DNA of 63,580 nucleotides, the filler included, from Octopus bimaculoides (lineage: Eukaryota), in the NCBI RefSeq assembly GCF_001194135.2. It is 5 parts of 5 records of this genome, joined end to end, with 100 filler letters (N's around TTAATTAATTAA, not from the genome) between each part and the next. Parts side by side here need not be neighbours in the genome. Positions count along the whole stretch, not along the records: positions 1 to 19,319 come from NW_026378880.1; 4 more parts are not named here. One strand, given 5' to 3'. Shown here piece by piece: positions 1-11,184 of this stretch (positions within the stretch are counted from its first letter, which is position 1; every line of letters begins with the position of its first letter). A program made the translations under genes and the position numbers. A model generated the notes under the pieces. That model did not search any database. It had not been told where the DNA came from and saw nothing but the letters and a program-made list of their open reading frames with translations.

Positions 1-468
1 ACGTTTAAATATATGTATGTATTTGTAAAGAAGTGAGGTTTGAAGAAAAAGTAGAAGAAAAAGGAGAAAAATAAAGAAGCAAGAAGAAAGAAAGAAATAA
101 CAGTGGAAGAGAAAAGTGTAGAGGCAGAAGAAAAAGAAAGGGGGAGGAGAAGGAGAAAGAGTAGGAGAATTTATATATATACATACATTTAAAGATATAT
201 AAAAATATATATGTGTACATACATGCGTATGCATGTGTGAAGAAGCGAGGTTTGACGAAAAAAGTGAAAAGAAAAAGAAAGAGGTAGAGGAAGGAGAAAG
301 AAGAGAGAAAGAAAGAACGAAGATAGTTGAAGAGAAAAGAAAGAATGTAAGTAAAAGAAAAAGGAGAGGGAGGAGAAGTGGGAGATCTATCGAAGATTAA
401 AGAAAGAGCAGCAGTAATATTGCAATAGTAGTGGTAGTAGTAGCAGTAGTAATAGTAATAGTAGAAGA

Positions 469-503
<35 letters not shown>

Positions 504-702
504 AGCAGGAGAGGAAGAAGTAAAAAAAAGAAAAAGAAGTCGCACTTACTGAAGACGGAACCGAGAGGAGAAGTTGAAGAAATTGAAAAAGAAATTGAAG
601 AAGTTGAAGAAGAAGAAGAAAAAGAACAATAAAAGCGGCGGCAACTAAAGCAACAACAATAACATTAATAATAAGAGGAAGAAGAAAGAGCATAGAGTGA
701 AG

Positions 703-3073
703 ATGTCTCGCCAACTTGTTCTAGCTGTGGCAGCAACAGTTGTGATGGCCAGTTTCTTTTCTGCTACGACTATGGAAGTTTCCAGCAACGAGACTCTACA
801 GCAGCAACATACGTCGTCGCCTTTACCGAGGCAGTTGCAGTCGCGGCAGCTGCCACATCAGTCAGCGCTGTTGCATTCGCTACAGCAACAGCAACAACAG
901 CAACGGCTTGGACTACAACCGGGACAGCAGCAGCAACAACCGCAAAAAATATTACAGTCACAACAGCAGCAGCAGCAGCAACAGCAACAACAAGAACAAC
1001 AACAACAACTAAAAGTGCTGCAGCAAGAAAGGCTGCAACCTCTATCACCACCACTAACAACAACACCACTAACAACAACAACAACACCACCACCACAACA
1101 ACAATCACAAAAACGATTACAACCACGATCATCATTACCACAACCACAAAAACTACTACGTTCACAACAACAACAACAACAACAATTATTGAAGCCACAA
1201 TCACCACCACTACTACCTGAACGATTTCTACGACAGTTACATCTTCAGCCAACACCAATACAACTGCTACCACTACCACATCAGCTACAACTACAAACAC
1301 AACCGTCAGTACACCATGTACAACAACAGCAACAACACCTACCACAACAAAGACCACAACCAATACAACAACCACAACTACAACACCAACCACAGTACCA
1401 ATCACAATCCACACAACCACTGCAATCACAGCTACTACTACTACATCATCACCAATACCCACAAGCACAACAGCCACAACCACAAACAAAACTACAACAG
1501 CAACAACAACCACAACCACAACAGTCAAAACCGAATCCACAACACCATCAACAACCAGAAGCGAAACAGCCGCAAAGAAACCTACAACACCATCAACAAC
1601 CAGAAGCGAAACAGCCGCAAAGAAACCTACAACACCAGCAACAACCAGACGCAAAACAGCCGCAAAGAAACCTACAACACCAGCAACAACCACNNNNNNN
1701 NNNNNNNNNNNNNNNNNNNNNNNNNNNNNNNNNNNNNNNNNNNNNNNNNNNNNNNNNNNNNNNNNNNNNNNNNNNNNNNNNNNNNNNNNNNNNNNNNNNN
1801 NNNNNNNNNNNNNNNNCCGCAAAGAAACCTACAACACCAGCAACAACCAGAAGCAAAACAGCCGCAAAGAAACCTACAACACCAGCAACAACCAGAAGCA
1901 AAACAGCCGCAAAGAAACCTACAACACCAGCAACAACCAGACGCAAAACAGCCGCAAAGAAACCTACAACACCAGCAACAACCACCAACACATCAGTCAC
2001 AAAGAAGCCTACAGCACCACAAACAATCACGATCATTGTCACAATCGCAATTGCAACATCAGCCACAAATACAAGCACAAAAGCAACCACAATCGAAGTT
2101 ACAAGTGCCTCCTAGTCTACAACCGCTGCAAAGCAACCGAACAACCAGTGTGCACACTCCCATTACTCCCTACAAACAAACACGACCGGGAAGTCGTCAA
2201 GGCGACATACAAAGGCAACAACAAAAACGAGAACAACAGCGGCAGCAGCAATATAAACACGAACAAGAACAAGAGCAACAACGAGTACAACAACAACAGC
2301 AACAACCACCACAATCACCACCACTACAACAACAACAGCAACAACAGAAACAGATGCGAGTGCGGAAAAATATGCAACCCAGGAATTTCGGCAACGTAAT
2401 GTTGGGCGATTTAAATATTGGATGTGTAATTTCTCTGCATCACGCGACTGATATCACCACGTGCGGCAGCGTGAATTTCACGCAGCGAGTCAAACTCGCC
2501 GAAGCCGTGAAATTCGCCGTTGAGAAGATCAACCGTCGATCTGACATATTGAACCGGGTGAAACTCGGCTATGTGATCCTCGACGACTGCACCTCTACTA
2601 CTATGGCGTTAGCGCGAAGCCTGCAGTTCATGCCGCGGGAGTTACGAGAACGCGGCATCCGACGCACGCTGCACGATGGCCGCGAACAATATCGCGTGTG
2701 CAAGACGGTCACCAACGACGGAGAGGAAAAACTGCCGTCGGGGCGACCGGGCGCTTCGGGCCGCTGGGCCACCACCCGGACGGACGATCTTACAACAACA
2801 ACAACAACAACAACTACTGCTACTGATGATAATACGAGTGCCCTAGCCGAGGCTGATGGTGCTGTTACAGTTCTTTCCGACGCGGGTTCGAGCACACCTG
2901 ATTCCGCGACACCGGCGGCGATCGGCTACGAAGGAGATGAAGAGTTGAGGCATAGAAGAAACCAAGAAGAATTTCTTGAAGAGTACTACGATGTCATCGG
3001 GGTGGTCGGCGCCGATACCACCAAACTTAGCCTCGCCGTCGCCAGCATCTTGACCATATTCCAAATACCCCAG
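703..3073 (+). CDS. First coding exon of a class C GPCR (metabotropic glutamate receptor-like, VFT domain) with long Q-rich N-terminal extension; partial gene
   Basis: ATG at 703, hydrophobic leader MSRQLVLAVAATVVMASFFSA. Q-rich frame runs to the N gap (1694-1816) and resumes in the frame of ORF 1316..3103. VFT motifs: GDLNIGCVISLH, AEAVKFAVEKIN, VKLGYVILDDC, VIGVVG...IFQIPQ. Donor CAG|GTCAGT at 3073/3074, right after IPQ, where vertebrate GRM1/5 also have an intron (recalled). Confidence 0.88.
1546..1985 (+). repeat. 45-bp coding minisatellite (QQQPEAKQPQRNLQH) spanning an assembly gap
   Basis: Units such as CAGCAACAACCAGAAGCAAAACAGCCGCAAAGAAACCTACAACAC occur on both sides of the gap. Confidence 0.9.
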
Positions 3074-3282
3074 GTCAGTTCCTTTTCTGTAGTGTTCTCT
3101 TAAACATTATATATTATAATACAGTTCTATATTTAAGAGATGAGGAATTATTAACATTATTTACATTAGACGGATATTTGTCCTCATCTTGTTTGTTGTT
3201 AACACAACGTTTCGGCTGATATACCCTCCAGCCTTCGTCAGGTGTCTTGGGGGAAATTTCGAACCTGGGTTCTCATTCCTAC

Positions 3283-3357
3283 GGGCATATGGCGTAGTGG
3301 TTAAGAGCGCGGGCTACTAACCCCAAGGTTCCGAGTTCGATTCACGGCAGCGACCTG
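3283..3357 (+). pseudogene. tRNA-derived (tRNA-Ile(AAT)-like) Pol III head; not a functional tRNA
   Basis: A box TGGCGTAGTGG, B box GAGTTCGATTC. GCTACTAACCCCAAGGTTCCGAGTTCGATTC resembles tRNA-Ile(AAT) GCTAATAACGCCAAGGTCGCGGGTTCGATCC (recalled). Acceptor stem does not pair. Confidence 0.65.
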
Positions 3358-3443
3358 ATTAATAATAGTAATAATAATAATAATAATAATATAATAATAG
3401 TAACATCGTTAGGAATGAGAACCCAGGTTCGAAATTTCCCCAA

Positions 3444-3489
3444 GACACCTGACGAAGGCTGGAGGGTATATCAGCCGAAACGTTGTGTT
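3444..3489 (+). ncRNA. Minimal type I hammerhead ribozyme motif (mirror copy on - strand at 3201-3246)
   Basis: GACAC-CTGACGA-A-GGCTG(GAGGGTATAT)CAGCC-GAAA-C-GTT-GTGTT: stem I GACAC/GTGTT, stem II GGCTG/CAGCC, loopless palindromic stem III AACGTT, predicted GUU cleavage after 3484. Confidence 0.75.
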
Positions 3490-3637
3490 AACAACAAACA
3501 AGATGAGGACAAATATCCGTCAAATGTAAATAATGATTATATATTATATATTACTTTATAAGTTGGATTACTTTTGCAGTTTCTGATGCTCTCTGCCAGT
3601 CTGATTGCCAGTTGGTCTGTGTATCTGCCTTCCTATA

Positions 3638-3680
<43 letters not shown>

Positions 3681-3789
3681 TCAGCTTCTTCGCCTGTATA
3701 TATATATACATATATATATACACACGTATACACACATGCATTCATTATCTTTATCTTATGATATTTACTTTGTATTATATTATACTCAT

Positions 3790-3985
3790 TTATTGTGCTT
3801 TTAGTTACCAATTTTTCTATATGTGATAGTGGATTTTCATCGATGAGTTCTTGAAACTTGGTTCTTTTCCCTAAAACTATATATTTATATATATTTTAGT
3901 CTGTAAAGCTCAATTTAATTTTAATTTTTTATAAATTGATTTTAATTGAGTTTTTACCTGTAATTTTGGATTTTGTCCCTAATAT
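3790..3985. repeat. AT-rich interspersed repeat, related copy at ~36690-36905
   Basis: Both share tatatgtga..gtggattttcat.gatgagttc..gaa..tggttcttttc and tttttacctgtaa.tttggatttt.tccctaata. Confidence 0.6.
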
Positions 3986-5204
3986 ANNNNNNNNNNNNNN
4001 NNNNNNNNNNNNNNNNNNNNNNNNNNNNNNNNNNNNNNNNNNNNNNNNNNNNNNNNNNNNNNNNNNNNNNNNNNNNNNNNNNNNNNNNNNNNNNNNNNNN
4101 NNNNNNNNNNNNNNNNNNNNNNNNNNNNNNNNNNNNNNNNNNNNNNNNNNNNNNNNNNNNNNNNNNNNNNNNNNNNNNNNNNNNNNNNNNNNNNNNNNNN
4201 NNNNNNNNNNNNNNNNNNNNNNNNNNNNNNNNNNNNNNNNNNNNNNNNNNNNNNNNNNNNNNNNNNNNNNNNNNNNNNNNNNNNNNNNNNNNNNNNNNNN
4301 NNNNNNNNNNNNNNNNNNNNNNNNNNNNNNNNNNNNNNNNNNNNNNNNNNNNNNNNNNNNNNNNNNNNNNNNNNNNNNNNNNNNNNNNNNNNNNNNNNNN
4401 NNNNNNNNNNNNNNNNNNNNNNNNNNNNNNNNNNNNNNNNNNNNNNNNNNNNNNNNNNNNNNNNNNNNNNNNNNNNNNNNNNNNNNNNNNNNNNNNNNNN
4501 NNNNNNNNNNNNNNNNNNNNNNNNNNNNNNNNNNNNNNNNNNNNNNNNNNNNNNNNNNNNNNNNNNNNNNNNNNNNNNNNNNNNNNNNNNNNNNNNNNNN
4601 NNNNNNNNNNNNNNNNNNNNNNNNNNNNNNNNNNNNNNNNNNNNNNNNNNNNNNNNNNNNNNNNNNNNNNNNNNNNNNNNNNNNNNNNNNNNNNNNNNNN
4701 NNNNNNNNNNNNNNNNNNNNNNNNNNNNNNNNNNNNNNNNNNNNNNNNNNNNNNNNNNNNNNNNNNNNNNNNNNNNNNNNNNNNNNNNNNNNNNNNNNNN
4801 CATTTATTCTATTATATATATATATATATGCGAGTAAAAATAAATACAAAAAAGGTGGGGTTTTTTGTAAGATTGTGTATAGAGGAATATATTATTTTGT
4901 TTAAAAGAGTTCCAACACTGTCTGTTTTTTATGTTTTATTTATATTCCTGCAGAACTAATGTGGAGTATAGAATATGGAATATACAATATATAATATAAT
5001 ATACAATATACAATATAAAATAAAATAAAATAAAAATGGATGGCACCATGAAAGAAAGTATCGAATGTAGATGAAATATTGAGTGTTCAATATAAAGGAT
5101 CAAATATATAAATATATAAATATAAATATATAATATATAATATATAAATATAATATATAAAATATAATATATAAATATATTATTGATAATAAATAATAAT
5201 ATTA

Positions 5205-5829
5205 GTGGCTATTCAAAACGTGAACCATGATGCACACAAGTTAAAAAAATATGATGGTATTGGAAGAGTACCACCTTTGCTAGAGATAGAAGTCAAATGA
5301 CCTCCGAAGCCACAAAGAACTCACTTAAAAGCAAGCATGGTGAAAATCGGGCTGAGAATCAAAATTTAGGCTCCTATCCTTGCGAAGGTCGCAGAGGAAA
5401 TGACAAATAACTTGATACCGGTTTCGGGCTGTGACTTAATTCCAATCTCTTCCTCAGTTAAGTTTATCGCGAGAGAAACTAAAAATTTAAGAATTCTTCC
5501 CCTCACCTCCCTTGTTTGTTCGTGTGAAGGCACAAGAAACATACGTAGACGAATTTAGCGAATAATTTATAAATAAATATACAAATATATCATTAATAAT
5601 AAATAATAATGAGTGGCATTTCAAAGCGTTAACCGTGCAGGCAAGTTTAAAAAATATGAAGGTACTGGAAGAGTACCAGCTTTGCTGGAGATAGAAGTCA
5701 AATGACCTCAAAAAGCCACAGAAAGCTCACTTAAATTTAAATGTGGAAGGGATAAGAATGGTTTAATTCAGAGCCCGAAACCGGTATTAAGTTATCTGCC
5801 AATCCTGGCGACCTTCGCAAAGGTAGCAG

Positions 5830-5830
<1 letters not shown>
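5205..5830. mobile_element. Penelope-like repeat cluster with direct and inverted partial copies and degenerate HHR motifs
   Basis: Direct repeats at ~5210-5340 and ~5618-5735. ~5375-5462 is inverted relative to ~5736-5825. GAAACCGGTA core on both strands. Confidence 0.6.
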
Positions 5831-5860
<30 letters not shown>

Positions 5861-6754
5861 NNNNNNNNNNNNNNNNNNNNNNNNNNNNNNNNNNNNNNNN
5901 NNNNNNNNNNNNNNNNNNNNNNNNNNNNNNNNNNNNNNNNNNNNNNNNNNNNNNNNNNNNNNNNNNNNNNNNNNNNNNNNNNNNNNNNNNNNNNNNNNNN
6001 NNNNNNNNNNNNNNNNNNNNNNNNNNNNNNNNNNNNNNNNNNNNNNNNNNNNNNNNNNNNNNNNNNNNNNNNNNNNNNNNNNNNNNNNNNNNNNNNNNNN
6101 NNNNNNNNNNNNNNNNNNNNNNNNNNNNNNNNNNNNNNNNNNNNNNNNNNNNNNNNNNNNNNNNNNNNNNNNNNNNNNNNNNNNNNNNNNNNNNNNNNNN
6201 NNNNNNNNNNNNNNNNNNNNNNNNNNNNNNNNNNNNNNNNNNNNNNNNNNNNNNNNNNNNNNNNNNNNNNNNNNNNNNNNNNNNNNNNNNNNNNNNNNNN
6301 NNNNNNNNNNNNNNNNNNNNNNNNNNNNNNNNNNNNNNNNNNNNNNNNNNNNNNNNNNNNNNNNNNNNNNNNNNNNNNNNNNNNNNNNNNNNNNNNNNNN
6401 NNNNNNNNNNNNNNNATATATATATATATATATATAATGTATATTTATGTGTGTGTGTGTATGTGTGTTTGTCCACCCACCACCACCTGACAACTGATGT
6501 TGGTGTGTTTATGTCCCCGAAGCCACGGTTCAGCAAAATAGACCGGCTAAGTACTAAGCCTACAAAAAATAAGGCCTGGGGTCGATTTCTTCGACGAAAA
6601 AAGGCGGTGCTCCAGCATGGCCGCTGTCAAATGACTTAAACGTGTAACGGTGTAAATGAATAAAAGAGAACAGGAGTAGTATAAGCTATGAATTCAGCAA
6701 AGCTCGAATTTATGTTTATATGTATTTCTGTGTGAATGCTTGTGTGTATATTTT

Positions 6755-6805
<51 letters not shown>

Positions 6806-7549
6806 TTGTGTGTGTGTGTATGAGCGTGCGTACGTTTGTGTGTCTATGTGTGTATGTCTTTTCAGTAAAATTATCATTTCTTTTATTTGACTCGATTTCC
6901 GCGCTTCAGCCTATCTCTAGTTTGATGCCTCGCGTCGTAACCACACGGGACGCAGCTGTGCAACGAAGAACCCTCCGCTGAGACTGACTCTGGTTGCTGC
7001 TGCACTTAACAATGAAATCCTTTTTGCATATACATACATACGTATGTATATAAATACATACATGCTGTGAGGAGAGCATCACGTTTCAAATGACCATCCT
7101 TTAAATCTTTAGGCCTTAATGTATGTATGTAAGTATGTACGTATATATATGCATGTGTATGTACGTACTGTGTACTTATACGAGTGGCTATGCGTGTATG
7201 TATGTATGTATGTATGTATGTATATATGTATGTAATATATACATGTACGTAGGTACGTGCGTACGTATGTTTCTAAGCATGTAGGTGCGCACTTAAGTGT
7301 ATATATATATTTTATTTATGTATACAGGTTATGGCGCCAAAAATTGTTGGAAGCAGCAAGGACTGAAGAATTTATTGAATGCTATAAGTAGTGTTTTATC
7401 ATATAGATGTATTGGTCTATTTAGCCCTAGGGGAAGCGTTTAGCAAAAAAGAAACAAAAACTCGGATACGAGATAATGCTAGCAACGATGATACATGCAC
7501 GTTACGTACATACATACATACATACATACATACATAAATGCTTGTATAT

Positions 7550-7905
7550 TATTGTTATTATTATTATTGAGTGAGAGAGCAGTGCATGCCATCAAAGTGA
7601 CACTGGGGTAAAATATACAAAGCCCATTATACCCACCATGACTACCTGTCTGATAAGGGTACACCAGGCACATGCATCACAACCATATGTGCGCGACATG
7701 ATGATCTCGTATCAAGATAAACAGCGCATGACCTCGCGAGGTGGGGCTCAGTTAGAATTTTCTTCAGGTCGAGTAGCCCATCCTGCTCAAAAGGTCCCTG
7801 AATAAGAGTTGTTTAAGGATGTTGAATGAAACACCCATGTTTCCAAAGGTGAATTATTCAAACCCCAAAGAATTCCTTTCAGCAGAAGACTATGATGCTC
7901 CCTCA
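7550..7905 (-). mobile_element. Retroelement 3' end with (AAT)n tail; opposite-strand copy at 62851-62945
   Basis: gagagagcagtgcatgccatcaaagtgacactggggtaa matches the reverse complement of 62851-62895; both abut (AAT)n. Confidence 0.55.
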
Positions 7906-8119
7906 CTACTTCTGCTCATGATCAGAGATGCACATATCGTCTGCCACCAAGACACATGCTCAACTGGTTATGGCCAAACAACTAACAAGCAAATCTGTGG
8001 TATTGAGCAGAATATTTGCTATAACGATATTTCTTAAGCAAGGCAGAACAATGTACATGATAACACTTGCCATCAATTAAGATCAGAAGCTATGAGAGCC
8101 ACTGCCTGGTACTGCATCA

Positions 8120-10350
8120 GGGCATTTATTATTATTATTATTATTATTATTATAATTATAATTATTATTATTGTTATTCCTTCGTATTATTATTCCCTCG
8201 TGTAGATAAAAATGCACCGGAGTCTTTAATCATTTGTCAAGTCACAACAAGGAGCTCAGACACATAGTATTTTCCTTTAGATCTGCGCTGTACCCAATAA
8301 GGCTGCCCAATAATCTTGCATGGGATTTCCAGTTGCTTTAAGAAGTCTTGAAGTTTCAATGGGATTGNNNNNNNNNNNNNNNNNNNNNNNNNNNNNNNNN
8401 NNNNNNNNNNNNNNNNNNNNNNNNNNNNNNNNNNNNNNNNNNNNNNNNNNNNNNNNNNNNNNNNNNNNNNNNNNNNNNNNNNNNNNNNNNNNNNNNNNNN
8501 NNNNNNNNNNNNNNNNNNNNNNNNNNNNNNNNNNNNNNNNNNNNNNNNNNNNNNNNNNNNNNNNNNNNNNTCTGAAAATCATAGTCCCAGAGTATCGTTA
8601 CTTTTCCATCTTCCTGCATAACTTTACTTGGTACATGCTCGTACCAGTTCTCTGTTACTTCATATTGGTATTTATGGCATAAAAGCCAATGAAGATACGC
8701 ACACACTTTATCGTGGCGGTGCTCGTATTCCTTTTGTGCTAGGCTCTCACATCCACTTATCAAGTGGGTCACATTTCCACACTCTTTCCACAGTCTTCAT
8801 TTCTGGGTGTCAGAAGTTGTATAGATATTATACTTCCCTGAATTGGTAGCGAGAGCCTGGTCTTCTGCAGCAATGATCATGCTTTCGGTGGTACGCTTGA
8901 AATCACCTCGCTCCAGCCATGCCCACGACGCTGTATTATCTTTAACGTCCTGTTTATTCCTTTCAAACTGTCCATGCATCCTCATTTCAAGGTCTTCTTT
9001 TCTCTTCTCAGCTCTTTGGTTAAACTCCTCTTTGCCCATCATTTCATCTGCATGTACACCCATATCTTTCGCAGTATATTGCAACAGGTCTTCATCACTA
9101 TTTATCAAATACTCGGCAAGCGTTCTCCTTTCACTCCTTATACAATAGTCTATAATAGTTAGTCCTCTGCCACTATTCTTTCTTTTCATATATAGTCTGT
9201 TTACGTTTGCTTTAGGGTGTAGCGCCATCAACTTTTTCGTTCTTCTATCCAGTGTTGATATTTCCTCCTTAGTCCATTTGAAGATGGATGCACTATATCT
9301 GAGCGTCGCAACTTCCCAGATATTCATTGCGGTAATCAAAGTTTTGTCATTCAGATTGGATTTCAACACCATCTTCACCAGCTCCAAAATCCCTAAATAT
9401 CTATACCCACTACCATCGGGTTCACCCATTGTCTCTCCTGGTGGTAACTGCAATCCTCTGCAGCATGCTTTCTTCCCTCTTTTCATATTAAGTACTGAGC
9501 ATTTAGCAATCCCAAATTCTATACCGATGTCCCTACCACATCTCTGGACTGTTTTGGTTAAGGAATCTATCTGTTTTTCAGATTTCCCAAACAATTGCAG
9601 GTCATCCATAAACGGAAGATGGTTCAACAATGGGCTTTCTTCCCACATCAGTAACCCATCTTAACTTGCATAAGTGTCATTGTTATGGGTATTAGTGCAA
9701 TTACAAATAGTAACGGAGAAAAAGAGTCACCTTGGAAGATTCCCCTTTTAATATTAACTTCTCCAAGGAATACATTACTTGAGTACAATTTGGTTTTCCA
9801 CTCTTTCATGCTATGCATCAGAAAATTTGTGATGTTGTCAGCAACACCAAACATCTGCGGGAATTCAACGATCCAAGCATGAGACATCATATCATATTGC
9901 CTTCTTAAAGTCAATCCAAGCCATAGACATGTTTGTATGATGCTTTTTACAATGCCTCCAAACTGTTTTATCGATAACCAGGTGATAATTGGTACCCTGA
10001 GAACTCTTCCCACATCCTTTTTGTTCCCTTGGTAGTATTTCTTTCTGTGTCAGGAAAGTATATGTCTTTGTCGCACGTATTCCAGTGAGTATCTTCCAGA
10101 TTATATTTAGGCATGCTATGGGACGGTAGATTCTCACAATATTCCTCTTTCTTCTATCTTTTATTATAAGCGTTGTCCTTCCAGTCACCATCCACGCGGG
10201 GACTGTACCTTTCTGGACACGCTCATTCAATTGGGCTGCTAGTCTTTCATACACCGTGTGGCACCTCTTCAGCCAAAAGCCATGAATTCCATCTGGTCCG
10301 GGGACTTTCCAGTTAGGCACTTTACCCACTTGTTCTTTCACGTCCATGTT
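8120..10350 (-). mobile_element. Decayed R4/Dong-like non-LTR retrotransposon (RT, zinc knuckle, RLE region)
   Basis: Frameshifted pieces KVPGPDGIHGFWLK, SMAWIDFKKA, GIFQGDSFSPLLF, HLPFMDDLQLF, HLISGCESLAQKEYEHRHDKV, VTILWD. (AAT)n tail at ~8125-8175. Confidence 0.9.
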
Positions 10351-10394
10351 CCACTGGAGCTAATTTTCCTAGCAAAAATCTAGTCTTCTGATCT

Positions 10395-10776
10395 TTCCAG
10401 TCTGAACATTAGTACTCGAATATTTCCTCAAACCGATTATAATAAGCGGTAAATATGACACCTCCGTCCGGATTATGGCTAAATTCGTCGATGGAGCTTG
10501 CCAACGAATCTGGTGTAAATGCATTTGTAGCATTTTTCATTTCCTTGAGAAGAACCAGTAAAACCTCGTGTTGGTGTTTTCGTATCTCTATCACGGCTGA
10601 TAGTAATTCTTTCATGATAAACAAGATGAATTTTTTTGTTCTCAAAAAAACAAAAAATAAAACCAATAAAAATACAATTCACAATAACGCGAGTGAGTCT
10701 CGAACACTTCTCGTCGCCAACTGTTATATTATCAGTGACGATATAAGATGTGTGTGTGTGTAACAAATATATTACA
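10395..10776 (-). mobile_element. Gypsy-type LTR retrotransposon 5' fragment (LTR end, PBS, gag start)
   Basis: Minus strand ...ATAACA-GT-TGGCGACGAG (CA LTR end plus PBS), then gag-like LASSIDEFSHNPDGGVIFTAYYNRFEEIF. Confidence 0.65.
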
Positions 10777-10789
10777 GTACTAAATATTG

Positions 10790-11177
10790 TTGTTGTTGGC
10801 ACTCCGTCGCTTACGACGTCGAGGGTTCCAGTTGATCCGATCAACGGAACAGCCTGCTCGTGAAATTAACGTGCAAGTGGCTGAGCATTCCACAGACACG
10901 TGTACCCTTAACGTAGTTCTCGGGGATATTCAGCGTGACATAGTGTGACAAGGCTGACCCCTTTGAATTACAGGCACAACAGAAACAGGAAGTAAGAGTG
11001 AGAGAAAGTTGTGGTGAAAGAGTACAGCAGGGTTCGCCACCATCCCCTACCAGAGCCTCGTGGAGCTTTTAGGTGTTTTCGCTCAATAAACACTCACAAC
11101 GCTCGGTCTGGCAATCGAAACCGCGATCCTATGACCGCGCGTCCGCTGCCCTAACCATTGGGCCATTGCGCCTCCAC
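10790..11177 (-). mobile_element. tRNA-derived SINE family C (other copies 25865-26305 -, partial ~39205-39360)
   Basis: Minus-strand head tggaggcgcaatggcccaatggttagggcagcgg...ggtttcgattgcc. Shared body aagagtgagagaaagttgtgg. (AAC)n tail. Confidence 0.8.
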
Positions 11178-11184
11178 AGTACTA

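Larger units (their letters stand above)
3118..3535. mobile_element. Fold-back element: inverted ~126-bp arms around a tRNA-like head plus (AAT)n; Penelope-like, HHR-bearing
   Basis: 3155-3281 is the reverse complement of 3410-3535 (one mismatch and one 1-nt indel noted). A second copy lies at 38189-38650. Confidence 0.8.

Noticed and set aside
770-2394. Long overlapping ORFs (V-rich on -, N/T/K-rich in other + frames)
   Set aside because: Shadow frames of the CAA-rich GPCR exon; only the Q-rich frame links signal peptide and VFT.
3283-3357. Possible functional tRNA-Ser(ACT)
   Set aside because: No acceptor-stem pairing, and it is part of a repeated element.
3835-3875. GATGAG...GAAAC in the AT-rich repeat as a hammerhead
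   Set aside because: Core C3/U4 is absent, stem II is too short, and the 36.8-kb copy lacks GAAA.
6911-6981. Acceptor-preceded frame PISSLMPRVVTTRD... as GPCR exon 2
   Set aside because: No similarity to the expected ISYxSTS segment; stops after 23 codons.
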